Assembly: GCA_019310425.1 (NCBI GenBank)
Contig: JAFDEI010000006.1
Span: forward strand, 1,034 to 65,033
Source of the DNA: Deltaproteobacteria bacterium
Lineage (GTDB): Bacteria; Myxococcota_A; UBA9160; SMWR01
Reading direction: 5' to 3'
DNA length: 64,000 bases
The stretch's first letter is position 1; each line of letters starts with the position of its first letter. Positions 8,208 through 16,960 of the stretch are shown here, piece by piece. The notes under the pieces were generated by a model. It searched no databases, was not told the origin of the DNA, and saw only the letters and a program-made list of their open reading frames with translations. The translations under genes were made by a program, and so were the position numbers.

Positions 8208-9191
8208 TCATCGCCCGAGCTGGTGATCGACGAAGTGCCCGATGCAGCGGTTGTACCAGGGCGAGTCTTCGCCTCGGTCGTGGAAGCCCACGTGCCCGCC
8301 GCCGCGGGGCAGCAGCGGCACGAGCCGCGCGTTCCGCTGCCACGGGTAGTCGGTGTAGGCGGTCTGCGGAATCCAGGGATCGTCGAGTGCGTGGATCAAG
8401 AGCGTCGGGACGTCGATTTTCGCGAGAAAACGCCGTGCGTGATTTTCGTGATAGTAGTGTTCGGCGTCGCGGTAGCCGTTGCGCGGTGCGACGATGTAGT
8501 CGTCGAATTCGTAGATGCTGCGAGCGGCCGTGAGGCGTTCGCGCTCGTGCTCGGAGACTGCGGTTGTGCCTCCGAAACACTCTGCCTTCATCGCTTTCAG
8601 CAGGTGGCGGTGGTACAAATGATTGCGCGGTGCGAGAAATCGCCGGGAGGCGGCCGCGAGGTCGATCGGTGCCGAGACCGAGGCCGCTGCACGCACCGGG
8701 AACTCACGGCCGTACTCGGCGAGGAATTTCAGCAGCATGTTGCCGCCGAGTGAGAAGCCGATCAGCACCAGGCCCGCCGCGACGAGTTCGTCCTCGAGCG
8801 TGCCCAGTGCGTCGTGCAGGTCGAGGCTGCGGCCGGCGTGGTATTGGTAGCGACAGTGTTCTCTCGATGGCCCGGCGCCGCGGAGATTGAGGCGAAGCAC
8901 GGGATGGCCCCGCGTCAACCAGAAGTGTGCGCTGAGCTGCATGTAGGGGCTCGCCTCGCAGCCCGAGAGTCCGTGGATCAACACCACGAGTGGGGCATGC
9001 CGTGGGGTGGGGGGAAGCTGGAGTCTCCCCGCGAGGGTATCGCCGGTGCCGTCGTGGAGCGGCAGAAGTACACGCCGGTCGCCGGCCGCGAGCTCGCTGT
9101 CGCGACGCTCGCGAACCGCATTTCGCAGGGTCTGGAGGTCCGGCCCCCACCAAGGGGCTCGCGGACGGAACTCGGGAAAGAGCAGGGTCAT
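8208..9191 (-). CDS. alpha/beta hydrolase (YheT-like)
   Basis: HGLSGCEASPY and a nucleophile elbow GFSLGGN, with Asp/His in the C-terminal part (DDPWIP, GGGHVGF). Confidence 0.8.
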   Translation of the reverse strand: MTLLFPEFRPRAPWWGPDLQTLRNAVRERRDSELAAGDRRVLLPLHDGTGDTLAGRLQLPPTPRHAPLVVLIHGLSGCEASPYMQLSAHFWLTRGHPVLRLNLRGAGPSREHCRYQYHAGRSLDLHDALGTLEDELVAAGLVLIGFSLGGNMLLKFLAEYGREFPVRAAASVSAPIDLAAASRRFLAPRNHLYHRHLLKAMKAECFGGTTAVSEHERERLTAARSIYEFDDYIVAPRNGYRDAEHYYHENHARRFLAKIDVPTLLIHALDDPWIPQTAYTDYPWQRNARLVPLLPRGGGHVGFHDRGEDSPWYNRCIGHFVDHQLGR

Positions 9192-9605
9192 GGGTCTCCG
9201 CGATGAGGTACCGGCCGGTGATTCACGACGCGGCGGCTCGTCGCCATGATGAGCCCGACGAAGCTACCGCGAATGCCATTGAATCGGTCGCACGCTGGCA
9301 CGTCTCCGCAGTGGAGTCGAGCGGGAGGCTGCGATCAGCGGCACGCGCCGGCTCGGCGTCGTGGAGTGTGGAAGCCCGCCCCGGCTCTCGTCCAGAACGG
9401 GGCAGCACTCGCCACCCGGGTGCGGAGGTTCCGGCGTTCGGGCTGCGATAGTGAGGGGTAGTCGTCGCGTTGGTGCGTCTCGTGGCGTATCAGCCGCTCG
9501 TTCGAGAACTTCGGCGGCCGTTCGACCAGCCGGCATACTGGTCCGGGAAGTGCAATCAGATGTCTCGGGGTCAGCCGATGATCTCGGGGACGAGGAGGAT
9601 CGGCC

Positions 9606-10397
9606 ATGTTGGTGCGGGGTGTCGAGCTGAACGTCGACATCCAGGGGAGCGAATCGAGCGACGCGTTCTTCTGGGGTCACGGGCTGATGGGCAGCATGGC
9701 GCAGGAGGACACGGCCGGGATGCTCCCCTGGGCGGGGCTCGAGGATGCACACCGGGTCGTTCGCTGGGATGCGCGGGGCCACGGGAGATCCGATTCGACT
9801 CCCGATCCGGAAGACTATCGCTGGGAAGAACTCGCGGCTGACCTCTGGGCTCTGGCCGACAAACTCGCGGTCGAGCGAGCCGTGATCGGCGGCGTGTCGA
9901 TGGGTGCTGCGACCGCGCTGCACGCTGCGGTCGCAGCACCCACGCGCGTGAGGGGCCTCGTGCTGATGGCGCCGCCGACTGCGTGGAACTCGCGCGCTCG
10001 CCAGGCACGGTTCTATCGCGGTCTGGCGCGGCTGGTGGGTACCATCGGACTCGGGCCGATCTCTTGGCTCGGCGATTTCGCCGCACGAGCGGTTTCGAAC
10101 CAGGGTCTCGCCGCGATCCAACGCTCCGTGACGCAGAACATGCGTCGCGCGGATGCACGATCCGTGCAGCTCGCACTGCGCGGTGCAGCGCTCTCGGACC
10201 TGCCCGAACTCGACCGGGTCGCCCGACTGCATGTCCCGACGCTGATCCTGGCCTGGAAGCAGGATCCGAGTCACCCGCTAGCGACCTCGCAGGCTCTCGC
10301 GGAGCGAATGCCCAACGCGGAGCTACACGTTGCGCAGAACTTCGACGACATTCGGTGCTGGTCGTCTCGTGTGCGAGCTTTTCTCGCGACCCTGTAG
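9606..10397 (+). CDS. alpha/beta hydrolase
   Basis: 263 aa. Nucleophile elbow GVSMGAA and an HG oxyanion region (WGHGLMGS). Confidence 0.8.
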   Translation: MLVRGVELNVDIQGSESSDAFFWGHGLMGSMAQEDTAGMLPWAGLEDAHRVVRWDARGHGRSDSTPDPEDYRWEELAADLWALADKLAVERAVIGGVSMGAATALHAAVAAPTRVRGLVLMAPPTAWNSRARQARFYRGLARLVGTIGLGPISWLGDFAARAVSNQGLAAIQRSVTQNMRRADARSVQLALRGAALSDLPELDRVARLHVPTLILAWKQDPSHPLATSQALAERMPNAELHVAQNFDDIRCWSSRVRAFLATL

Positions 10398-11594
10398 CAT
10401 CACCGTCGACAGCGCCGCTGCGCAGCACAGGCCCGCGACCGCGAAGACCTCTCGGTAGCCGGAGGTTTCTGCGAGCACTCCGAGCGCCGAGGCCGCGAGA
10501 GCAATGCCCAGGTTGAACCAGGCCTGGAGCAGCGCGAGCGCCTTGCCGCGCGCGCGTGCATCGAGTGGTTCGACTACCAGCGCGCTGAAGGTCGGATAGA
10601 AGATTCCATGCGCCAGGCCGAAGCCGGCGCCGATGATTCCGAGCCCGAGCGTCGAAAGTTCCATCATCGAGAACGCGGCGAGAGTGTAGAGCGCGAGCGA
10701 TACGATGGAGAGGCGTCGGCGACCCCAACGGTCGCCGACGGTTCCGAAGGCCAATCGCGCCACGACCGCTGCGAGTGCGTAGTTGACGAAGAACACGCGC
10801 ACCTGAAGGATGCCGAGTTCGAGCGCGTAGAGCTGGTGGTAGACGAAGAGCGCGGAAAACGCCGCGCCGATGCACGCCATGACCAATCCGCCCCGGCATT
10901 GGTCGGCGCGAAATGCGAGTGCCGCGGTCGACGTCGGCGCTCTGCGAATGTGTCGTGCCGGGCTCTCGCGGAACCCGAGTCCGAACAGCGCGCACACCAG
11001 TGCCGCAGCCGCGGCCGCAGCGAAGGCTGCGGGCCAGCCCGGACCCGCGGCGAGTTCTTCGACCACGGCTGGTGCGACTGCGTTGGCGGCGAGGCCGGTG
11101 AGCCCGAAATAGCCGAGGGCTTCGCCCAGTCGTTCGTCCGGCGCGAGGTCGACCGTCATCGCCGAGCCCGCGACGAACACCATCGCGAAGGCGATGGCCT
11201 GTACCATCCGCAGCGCGTAGACGAACGGGCCCATGGTATCCGCAACCGCAAACGCGATCGATGCGACGGCCATGAGCAGGCCGCCGACGATGATCAAGGG
11301 CTTGCGGGCGCAGCGATCGACCAGGATTCCCATCCCGATCATCAGGAATGCCGTCACGAAGCTCGTGACGGTGGCGAGCCTGCCGATTTCCGCCGCTCCG
11401 GCGGCGAGTTCGGTGGCGAGGAAGGTCGGCAACAGGAAGAACGCCGAGAATGCGAATCCGAAGCAGGCCTGGCACGCGAGCACCAGTGCGAAGCGCGGGG
11501 TCATCAGGGCCGGCCGGTCGCGCCGCGACCGGCCGGGCGGTGGTCGTTCGTGTGCACGGGATGTTGAGGGTAGGGGGGTGATTCGTTGCGACAT
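10323..11594 (-). CDS. MFS transporter
   Basis: 423 aa with about 12 hydrophobic spans. An MFS loop motif (GILVDRCARKP) follows TM2. The 3' end overlaps the convergent hydrolase gene by 75 nt. Confidence 0.8.
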   Translation of the reverse strand: MSQRITPLPSTSRAHERPPPGRSRRDRPALMTPRFALVLACQACFGFAFSAFFLLPTFLATELAAGAAEIGRLATVTSFVTAFLMIGMGILVDRCARKPLIIVGGLLMAVASIAFAVADTMGPFVYALRMVQAIAFAMVFVAGSAMTVDLAPDERLGEALGYFGLTGLAANAVAPAVVEELAAGPGWPAAFAAAAAAALVCALFGLGFRESPARHIRRAPTSTAALAFRADQCRGGLVMACIGAAFSALFVYHQLYALELGILQVRVFFVNYALAAVVARLAFGTVGDRWGRRRLSIVSLALYTLAAFSMMELSTLGLGIIGAGFGLAHGIFYPTFSALVVEPLDARARGKALALLQAWFNLGIALAASALGVLAETSGYREVFAVAGLCCAAALSTVMLQGREKSSHTRRPAPNVVEVLRNV

Positions 11595-11600
11595 GCTGGG

Positions 11601-11623
11601 CTCCGCGGTGCCGCCCCGCGGAG
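11601..11623 (-). promoter_or_regulatory. SD-sequestering hairpin immediately upstream of the MFS start codon
   Basis: The transcript reads CUCCGCGG-GGCGGCA-CCGCGGAG, a perfect 8-bp stem. The 3' arm contains the only GGAG, about 8 nt before the ATG at 11594. Confidence 0.45.
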
Positions 11624-11656
11624 TCGCCTCGCTTCTAGTCAGTGCCCCAGAATGCG

Positions 11657-11688
11657 AAAACCCCCTCCGTCGGATTGGCTGGAGAGGG
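11657..11688 (-). terminator. intrinsic-terminator-like hairpin inside the MFS 5' leader
   Basis: The transcript reads CCCUCUCC-(12-nt loop)-GGAGGGGG followed by UUUUCG. This is an 8-bp GC-rich stem with one G-U pair. It lies about 65-95 nt upstream of the MFS start. Confidence 0.5.
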
Positions 11689-11909
11689 TTGTGGTCTGGA
11701 CTCTGTGAATCTCGCTACAGCTCTCCGGCTCTTCCGTCGCACCAAATGGCGTGGGCGACGGTGACGTCGACGAACGACTTGAGACGGCGAGTCTGCATCC
11801 GATCCATGATCTCTGATTAGGGTACCCGCCGGTCGGCGTCAACGGCCGCGACGTGAGAAATCGTCTACCCTGGGTCGGTCCCCCTCCCTGATCTGGGAGA
11901 CCCGTTCCG

Positions 11910-12557
11910 ATGACCCGCACACTCTCTTTTACCTTGCTGGTACTCGTTGCGCTCGCGGCCTTCGCTGCGCATCGGCTGCTCGAGGCGAGCCTTGCCGCGG
12001 ACGTCTATCGTGAGCGCCTGATGGAGTTGTCCGCCGATTACGAGCAACTCCGCGGTCGCTATGACGAAGCCGTGCGGCGAACCGCGGTGACGGAGCTCGT
12101 GGTAGCCGACGGAAAGTTGTCTGTCGTGATTCGGACCGCGGAGGGAGAACTGAAGTCGTTCGAGTCGCCGTTCGATCCCAGCCGCGAAATCTATGTCGAC
12201 TATGTGGTTCGCGACGGGCGGCTCTGGATCCGCCGGCTATTCGACGACCGCACGCCACCGGGTGAGGGCATGTCGATCGATCCACGCCTCATCGATGTCG
12301 ACTGGGAGACGGTCGGCGAGGGCTACGGCAAAGCGGCCTATCGCGCACTCGGCGAGGGGCGGTGGGTCGTGGAGGTGACCGGCGATGGCTCGCTCGGACT
12401 CGCGCGGCGCGACCCCGAAGAGGTGGTGGAGCTCGCGCCCCCGCCGCCGGTGCGCGAATACGAGCCGGTGGCTGAGACGGTCGAGTCGGTACTGGGATCG
12501 ATTCGCGCGAGCGAGGCCTTCCGTGCTCTTGCGCGGCAGATCGAGCGCGGCGTCTAG
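11910..12557 (+). CDS. membrane-anchored hypothetical protein
   Basis: 215 aa. N-terminal TM/signal anchor (LSFTLLVLVALAAFAA). No recognisable family. Confidence 0.55.
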   Translation: MTRTLSFTLLVLVALAAFAAHRLLEASLAADVYRERLMELSADYEQLRGRYDEAVRRTAVTELVVADGKLSVVIRTAEGELKSFESPFDPSREIYVDYVVRDGRLWIRRLFDDRTPPGEGMSIDPRLIDVDWETVGEGYGKAAYRALGEGRWVVEVTGDGSLGLARRDPEEVVELAPPPPVREYEPVAETVESVLGSIRASEAFRALARQIERGV

Positions 12558-12566
12558 GTCGGGCTT

Positions 12567-12821
12567 CTAGGCGGCTTCGAGTGCCGCGACGACGGTGGGC
12601 TGCGGTACGCCGAGGATGCGTCCGATGTGCACCAGGCTCCTGCCGCAGCGTCGCATGCGGCGGGCTCGCGCGACCTCCCGTTGCCCCATCGGGCTCGGGT
12701 CGCTGGCGAGATTCGCCGCGAGGCAGACGGCGCACATGCCGAAGTTGCATTCGGCTTTGCCGCGCAGGCGGCCGTCCCCGATAGGGATTGCCATGCCGCA
12801 CCATGCGCAGAGGTTCTTCAT
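12567..12821 (-). CDS. small Cys-rich protein with a C-terminal HTH-like segment
   Basis: 84 aa. CxxC (CAWC) plus C..C..C (CNFGMCAVC), and a C-terminal SLVHIGRILGVPQPTVVAAL. Coding status is uncertain. Confidence 0.35.
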   Translation of the reverse strand: MKNLCAWCGMAIPIGDGRLRGKAECNFGMCAVCLAANLASDPSPMGQREVARARRMRRCGRSLVHIGRILGVPQPTVVAALEAA

Positions 12822-12990
12822 GGTGGGAAGGTGGCGGTGCGCGATCGTCGGGTGGCGGAGATTTCTTCGAAAACCTCGGCGGCGGCCTGTGGCTTACGCT
12901 GACGCACTTATGAGTCGAGTGTGCGGGGTTTTGGCATCAGATAGCCCGCTGGCTCGATGCGTTGTGGGCATGCGCGTGGGTGTCGCAGGA

Positions 12991-13299
12991 TCAGTAGCGG
13001 TTGGGGTCGACGCGTAGGTAGACGCCCTCGGCTTCCGCAACAACCGTTCCTGCGGCGTCGAGCGACGCGTTGCAGAAGACCTTGCGTCCATCGACACGCT
13101 CGATTCTACCGAAGCAGTGGAGTCCGTCGACCGCGAGCGTGATGCGCGGGCTACTCGCCAGGCGGTCCCGCAGTGGTTCCAGCGCCGCGGCGATTGCGGC
13201 GAAATCGCCGTCGTCTGCGTCGGCTGTGGTGATTTCGTGAACCAGCTCCCGCAGGCATTGGGCGGCTCGGCGGCGCTGGTCGAGAGGCTGGTCGGTCAT
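12991..13299 (-). CDS. hotdog-fold (PaaI-like) thioesterase-related protein, apparently truncated
   Basis: 102 aa from ATG 13299. The C-terminal block GRIERVDGRKVFCNASLDAAGTVVAEAEGVYL looks like the last strands of PaaI-type thioesterases. The central catalytic region seems missing. Confidence 0.35.
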   Translation of the reverse strand: MTDQPLDQRRRAAQCLRELVHEITTADADDGDFAAIAAALEPLRDRLASSPRITLAVDGLHCFGRIERVDGRKVFCNASLDAAGTVVAEAEGVYLRVDPNRY

Positions 13300-13462
13300 G
13301 GTCGCTCGCAACGGAAAATCATGGTTCCTCTCGCTCGTCGGGAGGCGCCGCAGGATACCAAAAGGGCGATCCGACGTTGCTGCCTGACGGAATTGCGCTT
13401 GACAGTCGCAGGTGGAGGACCGATTCAATGGTGTGTCCCGCGATCCTTCGGAAGCTCCGGCG

Positions 13463-14080
13463 ATGCCAGAAAAGACCAGCCCGTATGCACGCCTCATCGA
13501 TGCAGCGGAGGAGTGGATCTATCGGCTGAACGAGAGCGATCACTGGATCTTCCGAATCTACGATCGGTTCAACGAGCTGTACGCGTCGCTCTTCATGCGC
13601 GGGGTGCGCGAGCGCGGGTCGTGGCTGGATCGGGCGGTGGAGTGCAGCGACGGCTCGCCCGCACGCGTTCGTTTCCTGACGCCCGACGACGAAGAAGCGC
13701 TCGTGGGCCTGCTCGCGTCGCTGGCTGCACGTTACATGCCCCCCCATGCGCGCGACCGTGATACGGCTGCGCGTGCGCTGCGCCGTCGATCGTACCTGCC
13801 GTATGGCATCTTCATCGGCGACCGGATGGTCGGATACCTGCTGCTCCGGTTGTTCTTTCCGTGGCGTGTCGTCACGGGGATCTGGACACTTCCCGAAACG
13901 CACAACCTCGGGTTGGCGCAACTGTGTCTGCGGCAGACTTGTGACTTTTCGCGCAGCGAGAAGCTCGCCAATTACTGCACCATTCCCATCGACAACCACA
14001 ATTCCCTGCGGGTCGCGCTCGGCGTCGGCTGGTGGAAGTTGCGGACCAATCGCCGTTTTCACGTATTGGTGTGGAAGTAG
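13463..14080 (+). CDS. GNAT-like N-acetyltransferase family protein
   Basis: The VRFLTPDDEEAL ... IFIGDRMVGYLLLR ... NLGLAQLCL ... IDNHNSLRVALGVGW pattern resembles a GNAT fold. A GTG at 13412 is an alternative start. The overlapping minus-strand ORF 13319..14062 is judged to be shadow. Confidence 0.5.
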   Translation: MPEKTSPYARLIDAAEEWIYRLNESDHWIFRIYDRFNELYASLFMRGVRERGSWLDRAVECSDGSPARVRFLTPDDEEALVGLLASLAARYMPPHARDRDTAARALRRRSYLPYGIFIGDRMVGYLLLRLFFPWRVVTGIWTLPETHNLGLAQLCLRQTCDFSRSEKLANYCTIPIDNHNSLRVALGVGWWKLRTNRRFHVLVWK

Positions 14081-14223
14081 CTGGACGAATATCGCGACGG
14101 TCGGCGACTACTTCTGTTTCGAATGGTGGTAGTAGGCGGGTTGCAAGATGGGTCAGGCCGGGTCTGTGTGGGGGGGGGATCTCCGCGCGAGGTGTCGCCA
14201 CTCGATGGGGCGCAAGGCGTGTG

Positions 14224-14562
14224 TCAGCAGTCGATCGTGGTCGCACCGTGAAGGGCGCGGCATTCCGCGTCGAAGTACAGATCCATATAGGGCTGGTGGA
14301 ACGACTGAGGTTTGCCCGGCGTGCAGCTGCCGTTCATCTCGATGCCGAGGGCTTCCGCTTCGGCGAACGGCATGCCGAGCTTCAGCCGGCGCCAGGCGCT
14401 GCAGAAGCGATCCGGCGAGTCGTCGGCTTTGGCAGCAAGGAAGGCCTTCGCCTTTTCTCGGATCGCTTCTTCGTCGGATGCGATCGCAGACGCAGCGTTC
14501 AGCGGGCCAAGGGTCAGGAGGAACGCGAATGCCAGGGAAATCGTCTCGAAATTCCGCTTCAT
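14224..14562 (-). CDS. small secreted protein, unknown function
   Basis: 112 aa. Signal peptide (ISLAFAFLLTLGPLNAASA) and 4 Cys. Confidence 0.5.
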   Translation of the reverse strand: MKRNFETISLAFAFLLTLGPLNAASAIASDEEAIREKAKAFLAAKADDSPDRFCSAWRRLKLGMPFAEAEALGIEMNGSCTPGKPQSFHQPYMDLYFDAECRALHGATTIDC

Positions 14563-14595
14563 ATCATTCCTCTCGATGTCGCCCAGGCAGCGGGA

Positions 14596-15399
14596 TCAGT
14601 TCGGTGACGGTGCCGCCGGGGCCACGCCGGAGACCAGGTCGAGCTCGAGGTCGAACGACTGCCAGGCCTTGCCGCCTTTCTTGTCGACGACCTCGATCCG
14701 CGTCGAATGCGTTCCGGTCTGCTGCTTGCTCGGCTGCCAGGAAACGAGTCCGCTGGTTGCGTCGATCCGCATGCCTCCGGGGCCTTCGACCAGTCGATAC
14801 TCGAATCCCTTCTCGTCGTCCGGATCTTCGATCAAGACCTGGTATTGGAGCGCGCCCTGTTCGTCGAAGCCGCCCGGCGCTGAGGTGATCGTGGGTGCTG
14901 CGTTCGTCACCTCGAACGGTTTGCTCTCGAGTGGTTCGCTCGAAGAGCTACCATCCGAGGCCACGACGGTGAGGTCGATCCAGTCGCCGCGACGGAACTC
15001 ACTCTTCGGCAGCGTGTTTTCATCCGCGAAGGAACGGGCGCCGTTGATGCGCCAGGTGTAGCGGAATTCGATCTCGTCATTCTCGATGTCTTTCGCTCGT
15101 GGTTTCGCGACGATGTCGTGACGGACGGTTACCTCGCCGAACGGCTCGATCACGATTCCGACGATCACGGGAGCCTGGTTGCCGCGGTCGGTCCGCCTTT
15201 CGCTCGCCGGCTTTCGTGATTCGCCGAGTGCTTGGGGCGTCGTCTCCGTGGGTTCCGCTCGAGTCGTCTCGGTCGTGGCTGCGGGCGGCGGGGCTCCCAT
15301 GGCACGGCCTGGAGTGATGACGGTCACGTCGTCGGAGCCGCAGCCGCTGAGAGTGACGATCAGCAGCACGCTCGAGAGCACGATGCGATGGATGGCCAT
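14596..15399 (-). CDS. lipoprotein with tandem Ig/cadherin-like (He_PIG/CADG-like) domains
   Basis: Start ATG 15399 and lipobox LSGC. Two repeats each begin N(Q/A)AP(V/T)I, with DxDxD-like acidic blocks (IEDPDDEKGFEYRLVEGPGGMRIDATSGLVSWQP). Located 54 nt downstream of the pilX-like gene on the same strand. Confidence 0.65.
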   Translation of the reverse strand: MAIHRIVLSSVLLIVTLSGCGSDDVTVITPGRAMGAPPPAATTETTRAEPTETTPQALGESRKPASERRTDRGNQAPVIVGIVIEPFGEVTVRHDIVAKPRAKDIENDEIEFRYTWRINGARSFADENTLPKSEFRRGDWIDLTVVASDGSSSSEPLESKPFEVTNAAPTITSAPGGFDEQGALQYQVLIEDPDDEKGFEYRLVEGPGGMRIDATSGLVSWQPSKQQTGTHSTRIEVVDKKGGKAWQSFDLELDLVSGVAPAAPSPN

Positions 15400-15452
15400 C
15401 CTGATTCTCCCACGCGGACTTCCCCTCCGCGAGCTTGCGTGGCATCCGGCCA

Positions 15453-15947
15453 CTAGTTGTTGAATGCGTGGCAACGCTCGGCGCTCGCCTGGAGGTGAGC
15501 CGTCGCGCCGCCCGGAGCCGACCCCTGCACGCGCATGTTCCAGACGGTGTAGAGGTAGACCGCCTGCCCTTGCTCGATGCTCGAATCGAATTCGGCGCAG
15601 GGCTCGGCGGAAGCAATCATGCAGATCTCGTTGGTCGGCGCGTTCGGGTCGGCCCGATACGACACGCCGTCGCCCAGACTGGTGTCGGAAAGTGTGGCAT
15701 CGAGGCAGTCGTTGGGGGCGAGGGCGTTCCCGACGATCTCGCTGCGGAGGATGTTGAGGCTATCTGCGATGCCCGCATCCGCCGCGTAGATTGCCGAGCG
15801 CGACAGATTCTGAAAGCCCGCCGACTGGCGGTCGCGCATGACCGTGTCGAGCGATGCAAAACCGATCATGCCCATCAATACGGCGAAGATCATCGCAACG
15901 AGCAGGGCCGAGCCTGCTTCCCGCTTCTTCCGGTCCAGGTGTTCCAT
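15453..15947 (-). CDS. pilX: type IV pilus minor pilin PilX-like protein
   Basis: PilX_N-like N-terminus (REAGSALLVAMIFAVLMGMIG). Position follows the pilW-like gene. ATG 15947; alternative TTG 15959. Confidence 0.6.
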   Translation of the reverse strand: MEHLDRKKREAGSALLVAMIFAVLMGMIGFASLDTVMRDRQSAGFQNLSRSAIYAADAGIADSLNILRSEIVGNALAPNDCLDATLSDTSLGDGVSYRADPNAPTNEICMIASAEPCAEFDSSIEQGQAVYLYTVWNMRVQGSAPGGATAHLQASAERCHAFNN

Positions 15948-15955
15948 GTCCAACC

Positions 15956-16960
15956 TCAATCCGCCTGGATGTTTCGCAGGCGCACGGTCGTGGTGTGCAG
16001 CCGGCGTCGACGTCCGTCGTCTCCGGCAATGTCGGTGTCCCGGTTTTCGGTCTGCTGCCCGGTTCCGGCGTTGTTCGGGCGGTGCAGGTCGTCGGAGCCG
16101 GTACGGAGAATGAGGTTGAATCGAATCTCTCTCAGATTCTCTCCTACGGAAGCTGACGGGTCGTAGTCGACTGTCGAGGTGCCGCGGTACTCGCCGGCAT
16201 CGACCTGTCCGTCTTCGTCGTCATCGTAGAAATACGCCACCTGAAGATCCTCGACGTTGGTCGCCATCAATTGGCCGTTGCGGCGCAACTGGGGCGGCGG
16301 GCCATCGCTCTGGATGTAGGCATGCGCGGGCACGAGAATGAGGTTCTCTCCGATCGTTGCGGCTGCGCCGAAATCGTTCAGGAAGTTGACGCTGACATTC
16401 TGAGGCGTGGAGGTCTTGATCGCGGTGATGCTGCCGCAGCGCACGCCGCGGTCGGTGTTTGCGGTATCGACCAGGATTGCACCGCCACCGACCTGGAAAT
16501 CGCTGTCGGTGGTGCCGTCCGCGTCGATGTCGTAGGTCGCCTGTCCGTCGATCACGACGTCGTCCACCGAGACCACATCGGGTGTTCCCGACACGATGCT
16601 GGACACGTCGGCACCGAGATCACCCGTAGCCAGCGTGCTGGTCAGCTCGTCGATGTTGCGGATCGCGTCTGCATCGCTCAAGAAGAGCTGGTCGCTGCCG
16701 TCGTCGGCGTCGGCACCGCAAGCTGCCGCAGCGGGGGGAACCATGAAGCCCGCGTTGCGGATGTCGCGCTCGATCAGCGATCCGATGGCGCGGCTGTTCT
16801 GCTGTGTCTCGGAGATCTGCTCGACGTTGAGGTAGGTCTGCTGCTGAAAGGTGAACGTCGCCGTGGTGTAGAGGATGATCATGAACGTGATCGCCACCGC
16901 GACGAGCAGTTCGATCAGGCTGAAGCCCTCGGAATTTCGCTGTCGGTCGCGGTTCAACAA
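15956..16960 (-). CDS. pilW: type IV pilus minor pilin PilW-like protein
   Basis: Prepilin N-terminus NSEG/FSLIELLVAVAI (G-1, E+5). TTG start at 16960/16957 overlaps the stop of the pilV-like gene. The upstream part of tracked ORF 15956..17194 is shadow. Confidence 0.7.
   Translation of the reverse strand: MLNRDRQRNSEGFSLIELLVAVAITFMIILYTTATFTFQQQTYLNVEQISETQQNSRAIGSLIERDIRNAGFMVPPAAAACGADADDGSDQLFLSDADAIRNIDELTSTLATGDLGADVSSIVSGTPDVVSVDDVVIDGQATYDIDADGTTDSDFQVGGGAILVDTANTDRGVRCGSITAIKTSTPQNVSVNFLNDFGAAATIGENLILVPAHAYIQSDGPPPQLRRNGQLMATNVEDLQVAYFYDDDEDGQVDAGEYRGTSTVDYDPSASVGENLREIRFNLILRTGSDDLHRPNNAGTGQQTENRDTDIAGDDGRRRRLHTTTVRLRNIQAD

Noticed and set aside
9192-9605. 414-bp divergent intergenic region between the two alpha/beta hydrolase genes, examined for a small gene or RNA
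   Set aside because: Only Arg/Pro-rich short ORFs (61-101 aa) without motifs. I could detect no clear hairpins or conserved motifs by eye.
9571-11475. 634-aa minus-strand ORF
   Set aside because: Low-complexity Arg/Pro/Gly composition. It overlaps the alpha/beta hydrolase (antisense) and the MFS gene (other frame). This is a typical GC-rich shadow ORF.
11595-11909. Possibility that this intergenic RNA is tmRNA, RNase P RNA, SRP RNA or 6S RNA
   Set aside because: The minus-strand 5' end (GGGGGACCGACCCAGGGTAGACGA) is vaguely tmRNA-like. But there is no T-arm GGTTCGAATCC...CCA end, no tag reading frame ending in ALAA-like codons, no RNase P GGAAAGTCCGGGC core, and no SRP GGAAG/AGCA motif. The region is also too short for tmRNA or RNase P. 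It is kept as a cis-regulatory leader candidate instead.
13319-14062. 247-aa minus-strand ORF overlapping the GNAT-like gene
   Set aside because: The plus-strand frame shows a GNAT-like block order and more protein-like composition. The minus ORF has no motifs. This call is not strong, and the GNAT confidence is kept moderate.
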